Assembly (NCBI RefSeq): GCF_009914755.1
Contig: NC_060930.1
From: the human T2T-CHM13v2.0 reference genome, Homo sapiens
DNA: 64,000 bases
Direction: 5' to 3' (one strand)
Below, one piece after another: positions 12,200 to 24,967 of this stretch. How positions within the stretch are numbered: position 1 is the stretch's first letter; each line of letters opens with the position of its first letter. The notes beneath the pieces are model-generated. The model was not told the DNA's origin. It made no database searches and saw only the letters and a program-made list of their open reading frames with translations. Both the position numbers and the translations under genes were made by a program.

Positions 12200-13230
12200 A
12201 CGATCTCCATCTGTCCAATCCTGTTGTCTTACAAGTATGAAATGATAGCTCCCATCTTAGAAGAAAGATTTCATTTCCCCCACATCCCTTCCTTCAATAG
12301 CTCAATTTCTTCATTTTTCATTCCAAGTCCCAAAGTTCCTATTTCAGGCTTTTGTCTCCAGCACTTCACTAAACTGTTCCTATGAAGGGCAGCAAATACA
12401 AAGGACAATTATCAGTCCTTGTCTTCCTCAATCTTGCAGTGATATTTGACACAGATGGTCCCTCATCATTCTTCACAATTCTAAATACAGGAGTTCCCTA
12501 GGTTCAGTCATTGGGAATTTTTCCTGTCTATTGACTTTCATTGGTATTTAGGTACTGATTATGTATTATGTATCGATGACTGACTTATTCTGAGTTCCAA
12601 GCACTTAGCACAGCATAGAAAGCCCCTTCACAGTCCAGCCTCAGCCCAGCTCTCCAACATCATGGCCTTCCATGCTTCACTTGACTCACGATGCTTGATC
12701 ACACTGAAGTTCTTATTTTTTCTTGAAGAAATAAAGCTGAGTCTTTCTTTAAGACTTCATTTCAGTTTCCCTCTGCTTATAATACTCTACCCCTATTTCT
12801 TCTATAACTTACTGACATACTTTTTTCAGGGCCCTGCTCTAATGTCGTCTCTCTGACCATCTCATCTAGAATGTCAACACCATAATCTCACAATGCTTTA
12901 TTTTTCTTCATACTAATTATTTTTGTGTCTATATAATATATATATGCACACACATATACATATGTATATAATCTCACTAACATAGTAGTAATACACTTTC
13001 TAAAATGTCTATCGACACAATATTACTTAATATATTATATAATATATAGCATAAATTGCAAAGATATAGTACTTAATGTATAGTATAATGTCATGTAATA
13101 TAACATAATATACTCTCCCTGGAATGTAAACTTCCTGAGAACAGAAAGCTATCTTTCTATAGTTCCATCACCCAAAAACAGTGTCTGACACATAGTAAGA
13201 ACTTAAAATACATTTTTTGAATGACTGAAA
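12200..13230 (+). mobile_element. L2 fragments (RT remnant to 3' end), with an AT-rich microsatellite-like interruption
   Basis: tcagtccttgtcttcctcaatcttgcagtgatatttgacacag (decayed LDLSAAFDT motif); 3' end gtgtctgacacatagtaag...tgaatgactgaa. Confidence 0.65.
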
Positions 13231-13498
13231 AATTACCTAAAAATTAATAATCCCCATGTAGCCTTTTTATTTAACTATTTTTACACTTCTTTACCCTCCT
13301 CCTTTTATCCACTGAAGGCACAATAATCTAGGCCATACAGTAGTAACTTATGAGAACCAGTTCTTGAATCCAGATATTTTCATTACTTTTTACTTCAAAT
13401 ACATGTTTCCATTGTATTGCCACCTCTAATTATATATTTTTTAGAACCAGTTAGTTTGTAATATCAAATGCCATTGGCAATTTCTGGCCACAAGATTT

Positions 13499-13796
13499 TT
13501 TTTTTTTTTTTTTTTTGAGACGGAGTCTCGCTGTCGGCCAGGCTGGAGTACAGTGGCGTAATCTGGGCTCACTGCAGGCTCCACCCCCCGGGGTTCACGC
13601 CATTCTCCTGCCTCAGCCTCCCAAGTAGCTGGAACTACAGGCGCCCGCCACCTCGCCTGGCTAATTTTTTGCATTTTTAGTAGAGAAGGGGTTTCACCGT
13701 GTTAGCCAGGATGGTCTCGATCTCCTGACCTCGTGATCCGCCCACCTCGGCCTCCCAAAGTGCTGGGATTACAGGCGTGAGCCACTGCGCCCGGCC
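13499..13796 (-). mobile_element. Full-length AluY (Ye-like diagnostics)
   Basis: Dimeric Alu with T-tail; perfect 16-bp TSD tctggccacaagattt at 13483-13498 and 13797-13812; GAACCCCGGGGGG, GAGCCTGCAG and GACAGCGAGAC variants. Confidence 0.95.
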
Positions 13797-13812
13797 TCTG
13801 GCCACAAGATTT

Positions 13813-13930
13813 AATCATCAGGAAGATCTATTGAATATCTACTATGAGGTGTCCACTCTATTGGTGCTTGGGATCCAAAGACAAATAAAACACTGCTCTT
13901 GCATCCAAAGGTCTCTCTGTCTTACACAAG
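13813..13930 (-). mobile_element. L2 3' end, antisense
   Basis: tattgaatatctactatg...tgcttgggatccaaagacaaataaaaca. Confidence 0.55.
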
Positions 13931-15220
13931 CATACATGCAAAAATTTATTGCACTAATTTCTGGGGAAATTATGTACAACTTGTACAGGAAAAGCCTCAT
14001 ATTTCAACGTTAAAAATTCTGTTTGCAGAATGAATTTCTGCACATACATGCACATATGCACACACACATATGCACAATCATACATACGCACTTTTTAACA
14101 ACCTTAAGTGTATAAGAACATGATATGAACTCTTTCTTTTTGAGGGTATTTATATTTCAGGGCCAGATATAACCACAGAAACATCTGACCTTAGCAGAAA
14201 TATTATTCCTTCTTATTTGTCAAAAGTTGAGCATTAAAATCAAATGTGAGACTAGGAAATAGCAGCTTCACTTGGAGATTTCTCCACAGAGTTCTTGTCT
14301 TCAAAATAAAGTCAGTGGAAAAGAAAACGCAAATCCCTTTTCAATTATTCATTTTTTCCAACTTGGAAAATTTTTCAATACTTATTATTTACTCTGGATA
14401 TCAGTTATTCTTTTCATTGACTTGCATTATCTTTCCATATACACACATTTTCCAGGATTTTATTTGGCCTACAAATAACCTCACAGGTAATTTATTTTGC
14501 AAATACTTCATGTTTGATCTAGGTGGCAAGGCAAATAGTTTTCATATTATTTAGCTGACTAGGGTGGAAAGTGGAAAAGAAAATTTTATTTGACATTTCC
14601 TGTCAGTAAGCTGCTAGTGCTAAGAACAGAAACTGCATAAGTAATAGCACTGGCAACTAAATTCTTTCATGCAATGATGATGCTAACTATATCTTAATAA
14701 GAATGATGTTGGGATGTCTTCCTTGTATATATTAAAAAGTGTATAAGGTTGACTAAGCAGTCCCAAGCAGTCAGCGTTGCTCTTGGTAAGAATGTATTCC
14801 AAAAGCAATATGGATTTGAAAGTGTCATCTAAAAAGCAGGAAAAGCTTTTATTATAAAATTTGGTATCTAGCCTCTACAATGTATAATGATGTTAGTTTT
14901 TATTACCATTCTGAATACAATAATTGAATTGAAGATTGATGGTTTAAGACACCCTCTTCATTTAGAATATGCAAGAACAATACTAAAATATTAATGATGA
15001 TAATAACATTTATACTACATATATTTGGCACTCTTTTGCAATATAATTTCTCTGAAGACTTTAAGAAATCCCTCAATCAGAGATCTATGAGGTAATATAA
15101 AACATAACATAGATAATTCATATTTTAAAGTAATACCAGCCTGTAAATTTAAAAAAAAATCATAATTTATAGTTATCTGTCTTTTTACAAAATTATCCTT
15201 TGGAAACAAAAACCTCTTAC

Positions 15221-15395
15221 ATTCGCCGCTCATTGTTTGCGGAATCTACAAATATATTCCATGAATGTGCTGCAAGTAGTGTCCTTGGCCACTGGTTAGC
15301 ACCCACCATTTTCCTGCCCCAATTCCTGCTTGCTGTGGTGGAATCTCCTGTCTCTGTTGATGCCAAAGCAGCAAATGTGCCAACAAATATCCTGT
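15221..15395 (-). other. Candidate spliced exon of an unidentified transcript
   Basis: Minus strand reads cctttttccccatag|ACAGG...GGCGAAT|gtaaga; one open frame; non-repetitive and retains CpGs; peptide not recognised. Confidence 0.25.
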
Positions 15396-17642
15396 CTATG
15401 GGGAAAAAGGAAACCTCAATCTGAAACAGCCAAAGAAAACTGCTGACATCAAGGCAGTTCACAGCATGAACTATGAAAGTTCTATACAGAATTTACTCAA
15501 AGACCATCAATTTTTATCTGCCCCCCCTTTTTTTTTTGATAGTACAAGTTGAACTCAAAAATTGGGCCATCCTCAGAACCAACTGCCTCCTCAGCCCTTC
15601 AACTTGACATTGAAACAGTTTCGCCCTTAAAATTTACAAGGAGAAAGACCATCCCAATGATGTTAAATAACAGATTCCTATGAAAGCCATAAAAAAGAAT
15701 GTTTATGTGCAATCTACTGATTTTTAAGTCTTGATAGCTAATTTAAACCTTGTGAATAATATTCTTATTATAATATAGAAATAAACTTTATGCATTACAT
15801 GTAGAAAAAGAAGAGTTGGGATGTCTATAAAGAAGATTATTTTTAAATCAATTCAGTTCAACAGTATTGTTTAATAGTTGGGGAAAAATCTAGGTTTACA
15901 ATCAAAGCTCATTAAAATCACAGCACTGGTGAACTAGTCTACAGGATGAATTCCTCCTTCTTCATCCTCAGGAAATATTCCTGAATACTGTTGTGGGAAC
16001 AGCTCTTAACTGGACAGCTGTTATGTACATCTTTAGTAGAGACAAGGTTCCTGAGAAACTCTTATGTGAGATATAATTTTGCCTCATACACCCTCTTTAC
16101 TTTAAAAAAAAGCAAGAAGTTCTGACATGGATAGGAAATAAGAAGCAAGTAAAAAAATGTCAGCAATTCCTGTGTGGCATGGCATAAATAATATGGCTGT
16201 GTGCAAGAAGACTGTAGAGAATATAAGGACTTTGGGGAAAATTGAGGCTGCTGGAAAGGATAATGGTTAAAACAAGGAGTAGCCTGGGGGACCATAAAAA
16301 CTCCATGATCTCTACCAGTCTCCATCAAGCCACCTCAAAGAGACATACTAAAGAAAAAGTCTGCTTGCTATGCAAATATAGCTTTGAGACAAATATGCTA
16401 TTCCACCCTTCAAAAAAAATTGCTGTCCATAAATTTCCCTTGTGAGGTAAGGCGAGAGCAGGACTGGGAGGGGAAGCAGCACAGTACTGCACTGTCACTG
16501 CTACCCAACATGTCTACACAGAGGAAAGTAAGGTAGCTACCACAAGTCTCTGGACTCCTGTGGTAATATAAAGGTAATAACAAAGAAAACTAATGAAACT
16601 TTTGTATCATGGCATAAAGCAAAAGGAGATTTTATAGACAAATTAAAGTTTTGAAGTTTTGAAGTCAGCAATTAAGCTTTTGATTAATCACAGAAAATAT
16701 GTTCTTTTCCTTGATTTGAGAATAGCTTCTGGCAAAAAAACTCAGCAATGTTGCACTCCATCAGATTCCACTCTGCAGTAGAGAAACAAAGTAAAATCCC
16801 TAAAATAAAGATGACTCAGCACCACAGTTCTCACTCCATGAGGTTTAGATTTGAGTATGAGACACCAGTTTAATAAAGATCTTAAATCAGCGAATGATAA
16901 ATCATAGTCATTTCATTTTTTAAATTTTACATAGTTCTTCTTGGCTGTGTATTTAAAAATGATTGAATTTAGTTTCTATTGAAACCTGTTTCTCCATAGC
17001 TTGAACAGAATTCAATGTGATCACATAAAACTATAATTGATAACACAAAAACTTCTCATAAGACCTGAAAATAAAATGAATACCAAGAAAAAGAATGGTA
17101 TGGTTAAAACAGTTGTACAAATCTTAAACAGATTAACATAACTTTGTTAATTGTAGTCCATCATTCAAATATTTGAGGCTTTCATATTTTCAACAAAGGC
17201 AGACTCTAACAAATTTTATATACTGTCAGAAAGGCTTAACATCAAAGATTTCTCTTATCTGGAAAATGTGTGTGGCACTTCATTGTGGATTTCAATTTGC
17301 TGTGAAATGCCCTGAAAATTGATCTTCTGAACCCCGGATTTTCCTGATATACTTTAGCATGTGATTTCAACAGCTGTAAATTCCACTTGTAATTTAGTCA
17401 TCAAAAGTGACTAGCGGATTAAACAATAAAGTGGCAAATGTCATCTCACACAAAGAATAACTTGTGAGTGAACGTGATTTAGAATTCATGAAGTTTGCCT
17501 ACCAAACAGGACATTTGGAATTGCCTGTGGAGATAAATTTACTATGCAATTTTTCTTTGGAGATAATTCATTTGGAGACTATTAGAAATATAATACTGTA
17601 ACATTGATTGTCTTAAAGATAATTTGTCTGCCACTTTAGCCC

Positions 17643-17863
17643 AGAGTTAGGCAAACTATACTTCCTGGGCCAAATCTGCTGTACCTCCCATTTTTGTAAA
17701 TAAAGTTTTTTGGAACACAGCCACACACATGCATTCCTTATTGTCTACGGCTACTTTTGTGCTACAACAAAAAAGTTGAGTTGTTATTACAGAAACTGTA
17801 TGATCTGAAAACCCTAAAATATTTATAGTCTTGCTCTTTGTAGAAAAAGCTTGTCAATCCCTA
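17643..17863 (+). mobile_element. MER58A (hAT-Charlie MITE)
   Basis: ggcaaacta...gggccaaatctg...ttttgtaaataaagttttttggaacacagccac...cctaaaatattta...agaaaaagcttgtcaatccct. Confidence 0.85.
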
Positions 17864-17899
17864 TTTTAGTCTTTATTATTTGTTATACAAACAAGACTT

Positions 17900-18120
17900 A
17901 ACATTTATCATGATGAGAGCTACGTATCATTTATTATCCACCAGGCATTGTATTAAACTTTCCCATACTTCTTTTGTCTCACTTCAGTTCTGTGAAGTAT
18001 TGCTATTCCCATTAAATATATGAGAAATGAGAAGCTTAGGAAGTGTAAGTGCTTTGCCCATGTAAAGAGTGGAACCAGGATCCAGCCTCAACTCTGAATC
18101 AAAACCCATATTATTCCTCT
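17900..18120 (-). mobile_element. MIR SINE
   Basis: ccaggcattgtattaaac...ctgtgaagtattgctattcccatt...atgagaaatgagaagcttagg...ttgccca. Confidence 0.7.
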
Positions 18121-21100
18121 TAATCCATCTCATCTCCAATAATTCCATGGTCTTCCTTTCTCCAGACAACTTACATGATTTGAATCTAAGAGAAATAGTG
18201 CCAATAGATTTAGTAAGTGTCTTAGACACTTGGATGTGAAGTTATACTTAATATAGAAGAAAGGGAGAAATAGCTTTTAAAGTTTCCTGGAAGTATAAAG
18301 AATTCAATCTAAGTACTCAGATCGCCACAACCTGTTTCAAAGTTTTCAAATAAGCCAGTGACTACTGGGAGGCACAATTTGGTTATTAATAAGTAAGTGT
18401 CTTTTGGCAAACAACATACGTCAAGCTTCACCTCTTCATCTTTTAAGAAGAAACAAAATACATGGGAATTTGGGGTTATCACAAGAATATCTGCATGCTC
18501 AGTCTTGTCTGGCCAGTTTGACCTTCTGTCAAAGTGTTATGAAAAAATAGTTTTTACTCAAAGCAGACAGGCAAAACAGTCAGCTGTGACTTTTGGCAGA
18601 GGACTTTTTTCCGCACCCCGACCTGCCCATCCATAGACTATTTATTATTTTTCTCCTGAAACAGGTATGCCTCGCCTGCTCTCCAAGATATTTCATTATA
18701 GTTTGAAAATCTAGTATGAAAACCTTAAAATTTCAAAGGAAAAGTATTCTTAAAAGACATCTAGTCTAACTCTCAATTTGTGAAAGAGTAAACTGAGGAC
18801 TTCATCCCAAGGTAGGATGTAAGAGGTAGGCTGTCCCTGACTCCACTCACAACTGTACAGTCAAGGAGCATCAATCACATGGACACAATGCAGAACCCTC
18901 CAGGCATCCCGTGAAAGGCATTGGACTATTCTGTAAACCTACTAGTCATCTAGGGAGTCCTTCTTTTGAGTTTGGAAATTATGCAAATTAAGAAAATATA
19001 TTTGGTTTACAAAGAATAAATACGATCATCAATAAAATGACTGAAAAGTTAAATCATTATGCAATCTGAGATGATATTATGAGTCATAGCCTGCTGTCCA
19101 CTCCCTTCTAAAAATATAATTTTAGTACTTATGACAAAAGAAAAATTATGGAATTTTGACATTAATTGTTAAATTGTTTGCTTCTAGTTGTGAAACCATT
19201 TTTTAATAGCCTAGTAAAAGCAAGCGCTGTGTAAAAAAATTATTTTCTTCATCTTTTCATCTTTCTTTGGCCCTTCTTCCAACCCCAACCCTTGCTGTCT
19301 CTCCCTGTTCCCAGTCCCCTTTGTATCTCCACCCAAGAGGGAAATGCTATTTCTGAACCATGAAAATGGGGATATTGAGATCAAGGAATTTCTGGAATTG
19401 TTGAGTTTCCATGCTGGAGTGTTCTTTGCAACAGTGGCCAAAGTTCAAATATTAAATAATACATTTAAAATTACATTGACAGAACTCAGGGGCATATTTT
19501 CACTAAATGAAAAGCACAGGTCTCTTAAGTACATATGTCCTCATTTGGTTTCATTTCTTAGACCAAGTTCATATTTTTTTCACTGTCTAAATGTGTACAG
19601 AGTTTCTAGCCAGGCTGTGACACCCCACTTCCATGTTCCTTCCACAAATTAAGCTACTAAGGACATTTTCCTGCTCATATTCATCATTTGCGTGTCCTCG
19701 TGGTGTTGCATTTGATAGTGGAAAATATTATCAGCATATTATTCCAATGACTTTGGCAAAATAAACTCTCCTTAATAGTAGTCTATTACATACACTATGT
19801 GGGACCAAGACTTGCAAAATTTTTCCCCCTGTTCTCCCTGAGTCATCTTGTCTGGCATTTCACAATACATTCCAAGGAGCAACAGAAGGAGAGTAACCGC
19901 AACAGTAGCAGAAGCAATTCTTTGAGAGGAAATGCCTTTGTTTTAGGGGAGGAAAGAAAAAGAGAAAAAATAAAGGGAGGCAAAGAGAGGGGGAATCAGC
20001 ATTGTGAGAGATTAAGAAAATAAAGAAAATAAGGAATACAGGTTATTCATTATTCACCTTCTTGTAGGATGGTTCTAACAACTCAGTGGGTGAAACACCA
20101 GAAGATAAGGTGTGAGCTTCCAAGTTTAAGTTTTAGTCTTTGATATGGTGCTATTATTTAGTCTAAGGATTTTCCTACTGTGTTCAATGGCATTACGCAC
20201 AAATAAATACCACTTTCCTTTCCAAAACAATCTCCAAGTGTGGGTGATTGAGGATAGTGGCCTCAAATTTTCTGCTGACCTGGGGGATATTAATCGAGTT
20301 TTTAAGGGAAAATCAAGGATTTTTTTTCTCACCTATCAAGTGAAGCTACTATTAATTAAATGGCAGAGTCCACCAAAAAGACCTATCATCCCAGAAACAA
20401 AGGTATGCAGTTTGTACCTACACTTTGGCTAATTATTGAATAATGGTAAATGGATGTATGATAGCACAGATAGGAATAGTAAAGGATCGTATGAATAGGA
20501 TCAAGCAGAAACATATTCTCAAGCTGTTTCATGCTCCCCAAAAGATGCCTGAGAATTGTACACACTGGCCAAAATGTTTTTGAGACTATTTTTCTGACAT
20601 ATTGCTGACCTTGTATTTCTACAATTTGAGTTTCACAAAGGCAGTATAGTTAGGCATAGACAACATACTTTAGAATAGATATTCTTTGTATAAAAATAAT
20701 ATTACCTTGTAACAAAGCAGACAGAAGGCTGAAACTAGCTCCAGGTCAACTGCCTTAAATGGTTGCATGTCTGGAACACTTTAGATTAAGGTCAGGAAAG
20801 GAGAGGTAACTTCATCAACTGGCTTTATTGCCATAGTAAAAGAATTTAGTTGTCAACTAATACTTTCCTAAAGACAAGCCTGGGGACAACAGGACCTCGT
20901 GGCACTAAATGCACTCAAATAAATAGGATGGAGGTAGAAATTGAGATAAAAATCCTGAACTTTCTAGAGCTTAGTCATTTGTTTATATTACAGAGTATGG
21001 GGTTAAGGAGAGGCTGATTAACAAAGTTTCTACAGGAGGATTTGTGTTACGTTCTGTCATTCTACCACAAAAAGTTGTCAAAGCATTTGAATTGAGTTTA

Positions 21101-21324
21101 GGTCTCCCATCCTACATACAACTGGGGAGAGACTGAAATGTATGCTTGCCAATGACCATTAAGCTCGGTTAGTTCTTCCTCAAAGGGAAAAGGAACAAAG
21201 GAAAAGAGTGTTGCAGCATCAGGGAGCTATTATACAAGGTTGGAGTCCCAGGAGGGTGCTTCAGTCTTTCTATGTTCCTGCTTTTTTTCCATAAGAGAGC
21301 ACAGCTAGGAGTTGTTGTTATTGT

Positions 21325-21965
21325 TTTTAACTATAACTTTTATTTTAAGTTCAGGGGTACATGTGCTGGGTTTTTATATAGGTAAATATGTATCATGGGA
21401 GTTTGTTGTACAGATTATTTCATCACACAGGCATTAAGCCTAGTACCTATTAGTTATTTTTCCTATTCCTCTCCCTCCTCTCACCCTCCAGCCTCTGATG
21501 GACCCCAGTGTGTATTGTTCCCCTTGATGTGTCCATGTGTTCTCATTATTTAGCTCCCACTTGTAAGTGAGAACAACTGGTATTTGTTTTTCTATTCCTG
21601 CATTAGTTTGATAAGGACAATGGCCTCCAGCTCCATCCATGTGCCTGCAAAAGACATAATCTTGTTATTTTTTGTGGTTGCATAGTATTCAATGGTGTAT
21701 ATGTACCACATTTTCTTTATATAATCTGTTGTTGATGGGCATTTAGGTTGATTCCATGTCTTTGCTATTGTGAGTAGTGCTGCAATGAACATATACATGC
21801 ATGTGTCTTTATAACAGAATGATTTATATTACTTTGGGTATATACCCAGTAATGGCATTGCTGGGTCAAATGGTATTTCTGTTTTTAGGTCCTTGAGGAA
21901 TTACCACACTATCTTTCACAATGATTTGAACTAATTTGCACTCCTACCCACAGTGTATAGGTGTT
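21325..21965 (-). mobile_element. 5'-truncated L1PA13-16-type 3' end
   Basis: ORF2 C-terminus MFIAALLTIAKTWNQPKCPS...WYIYTIEYY on the minus strand, followed by 3'UTR. Confidence 0.9.
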
Positions 21966-22064
21966 TTCAATTTTAAAACGTTGTAATTAATTCTCTCAGC
22001 AGAAATAATTTCTGCAGGACCCTGGTGGCAGTTGGCAACATGCTCATCTTTGACAGAGTTTACC

Positions 22065-22460
22065 AGTTATTTATAGCCAAAATAGTGTTGGATGACAAAT
22101 CCCAGAAAACTCAGCAGCTTAGAATAATAAATATTAGCTAGCTTATAGGTCTTTAGGTTAGCAATTTAGATTGGGCTTAGCTAGGGTACCTGGGCTGACT
22201 CAGCTCTCCTTTATGTCCCTTTTATCCTCAGAAGGCTCACCTGTGTTTGTTCTCATGGTGGTCATCATGGCATGAGAGGGCAAAGGTGGTAACAAATAAG
22301 CACTTTTCAAGCCTCTTCTAGTGTCAACTCTGCTAACATCCCATTGGCCAAAGGCAGCCCCACTGCCAAACCAGAGTAAAGGGGGCATCACCCCAACCAT
22401 GGCAAAGAGTATAGATGCACAGTAAGTGAAGAATTGGAGTCATCAGTCCAGCCTTTCACT
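22065..22460 (-). mobile_element. Old MLT1 (MaLR) solo LTR, F-H-like
   Basis: aaaactcagcagcttagaataata...gggcttagctaggg...tgctaacatcccattggccaaag. Confidence 0.6.
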
Positions 22461-22779
22461 CAAGGCAAACACGTGTAGTTATTTGGGTAGCCTGTGGGCC
22501 TTCAGCTTTCCTGGAATGATAAGATGCTGGCATGAGAGAGACAGCCGCAAGAGGGGAAAGACTTTTAAAGGAAAGAAATGTTTTTAGTAGAGTTAGATGA
22601 GCCCTTGGCCAAGCAGAAGAACAAGCCATGAAGATCTGTGTGAAATGACCTGCTGATGTGATTGGCAGGACACCAGCACTTTGGCTGGCTGTTTAGGAAA
22701 GAGAACACATTTTTTTTTCATAGCATCTGCTATATACCTAGAGTCTTATTAGGCTATTAGTATTCCTTATTTCAATGAA

Positions 22780-22940
22780 CCCTTGCAATATTTCTAATGT
22801 TTTGGTGTAATTATCTCCATTATCTCCACTTTATAGGTGAAAACACTGAATATGGGTTAGCTTTTTAAAAAATAACAGTGCAAGCAAATGGTGAAGTTCC
22901 CTTTTCTGATTTCAGATCTTATACTCTCTCTACCACTGCA
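22780..22940 (-). mobile_element. MIR fragment
   Basis: ttatctccactttataggtgaaaacactga core. Confidence 0.5.
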
Positions 22941-23196
22941 TTTTGTACCCATATTTACATCTAGTATGAATCATCTCCTGTCAACTTTTTTCCTAAAGAA
23001 TTCCCTCAGGAACAATGAGTTGTGAAAAGAGGCACCAGTCTGAAAAAAAAAAAAACAAAAAACCTGGCATAATTCACTTTTCTGGCCTTTTCTCCCCGGA
23101 CTGTTTTGAATGGTTTTTCTTTGTAAGAGATGAAGAACACATGCACAGGTCCAGCCCAGAGCACAAAAGGCAGAACATCTACATGAAGCAGAATTT

Positions 23197-23660
23197 TTTA
23201 AGCAAAATGTTTTATTGACTTTAGGTCAGCTGGGAATAATTATCTGCATTTATGCTTTAAGGTATTTTACCTCATTGAAAAAATAGAAGACAAATGTTAT
23301 ATTAGGGACTTCTGACTTTCATGTGTTTGCTGCTCTGGGCTGACAAAATGTTCAGCTCTCTCCTGTAACATATGCTTCAATATTACCAGTCATCAACAAA
23401 AGATACATGCCCCAAATGTCCACTTACTGCCATTGACTTCTGGCCAGAAGCAAACTTCTTCACAGCATTTATGACATCAGCATTAGCCACCAAGTCAATC
23501 TGCTGAAAGGCTGTGGAGGATGGCATGTAAGAACCAGCACCAAAGCCTGGGCCCCACCTTCATCCAGGAAACCCTCAGAAGACTCTACTGACATTAGGTA
23601 TCCAACTTTCAGCTTGTTCTCGGCAGCTTGGACATCTGTATCAGAAAAGTTTCCTTGAGT
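23197..23660 (-). pseudogene. UQCRC2: 5'-truncated processed pseudogene of UQCRC2 (cytochrome bc1 core protein 2): C-terminal ~92 codons plus 3'UTR
   Basis: Translates [40 protein letters not shown], then a 1-bp frameshift at ~23540, then [51 protein letters not shown] (stop 23383-23385). Colinear with the UQCRC2 C-terminus, no introns, AATAAA at 23211-23216, direct repeat agaattt at 23190-23196 and 23661-23667. The symbol given is the parent gene. Confidence 0.95.
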
Positions 23661-24260
23661 AGAATTTATATTAAGCCTATACAGGGCAGAGCAACTCGAC
23701 TCACTCATGCTGGCTCATGAGGCTTATTAGATCATGAGTGGCTGTAGCCCCATCTCTTGGTACCCTTTGTACCCATTCAGGGCACACATGATTCCAAATA
23801 ACCATTTGTCATGTCTATTTCTACACTGAGTGATTGATTTGATGCCTGGGTATTTGTATACAGCCTCTGGTTCAACGGCTTGACTTCCACAAGCCCCAAA
23901 ATACAAAAAAGCAGAAGGAAGGGAGGGCAGCTTGGATCCAGACTACTGTTGAAGCCTATCTCTAAAATATATCTCTAGACACATATTTTATAGAATACAT
24001 ATTTTTATAATAAACCAGGGTATAAAAGTTAAAGATAATAGAAAATTAAATATTTTCTATTAACAACTAGAAAACAGGAAAAGTAAAAATTTGTCATTTA
24101 AAATGATTAGTTTTTAAAAGTTGCTGATATTTACATAATATGTACATCAGGCAGTGATTAGGTGTCTAGTTTTATCTGTTATTTAAACAATAATAAACCA
24201 GAAACCCTCTTCTAGTTGTATATGTTAACTAGTAAATAATCAAATGTAATCTAATATCTC

Positions 24261-24292
24261 ACATTCACTCTATTTAACATTCACTCTATTTA
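24261..24292. repeat. Perfect 16-bp tandem duplication
   Basis: acattcactctattta x2. Confidence 0.9.
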
Positions 24293-24621
24293 GAGCTCTT
24301 TAATTAGAGAAAATGCTTTTGAACACCACACAAATTGGATTGCTTCATTGAGTTCCTCTTGTATAGCTCCTCTGTTGACATTTATCTGTGACTCATTTAC
24401 TGATAATTTTACTGTATGTCAGGGAATTATATATTGATGCTGCAAATATTTCACTTAAAGATGGAAAACACAAGGAACATTTTCTGTAAGGAGTTTATTG
24501 TTAATGGCAGATACAGACCTATATGCAACTATAAATATCATGTGTGTATATTTTGCCAAATTTTTAAGAAAGACACAAGGCCATTTAGAGAAAGTGATCA
24601 TTTTTCCTTTAAAAGTGAGTT

Positions 24622-24967
24622 TGTAGGTACATGGATGAAGCTGGAAACCATCATTCTCAGCAAACTATCGCAAGGACAAAAAACCAAACACCGCATGTTC
24701 TCACAAATAGGAGGGAATTGAACAATGAGAACACATGGACACAGGAAGGGGAACATCACGCACCGAGGACTGTTGTGGGGTGGGGGGTGGGGGGAGTGGG
24801 GAGGGATAGCATTAGGAGATATACCTAATGCTAAATGACGAGTTAATGGGTGCAGCACACCAACATGGCACATGTATACATATGTAACAAACCTGCACGT
24901 TGTGCACATGTACCCTAAAACTTAAAGTATAATAATAATAAAAATAAACAAATAAATAAAGATAAAA
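24622..24967 (+). mobile_element. 5'-truncated L1PA3-like 3' end
   Basis: ORF2 end WMKLETIILSKLSQGQKTKHRMFS, 3'UTR G-tract, A-tail; TSD aaaagtgagtt at 24611-24621 and 24968-24978 at a TTT/AAAA endonuclease site. Confidence 0.93.

Noticed and set aside
19344-19652. 102-aa ORF starting MLFLNHENGDIEIKEFLELL, faintly EF-hand-like
   Set aside because: No canonical loop, no supporting splice sites and no recognisable homologue
23469-23708. 79-aa ORF as an expressed UQCRC2-like protein
   Set aside because: The ATG lies outside the retrocopy and the frame leaves UQCRC2 homology at the ~23540 frameshift
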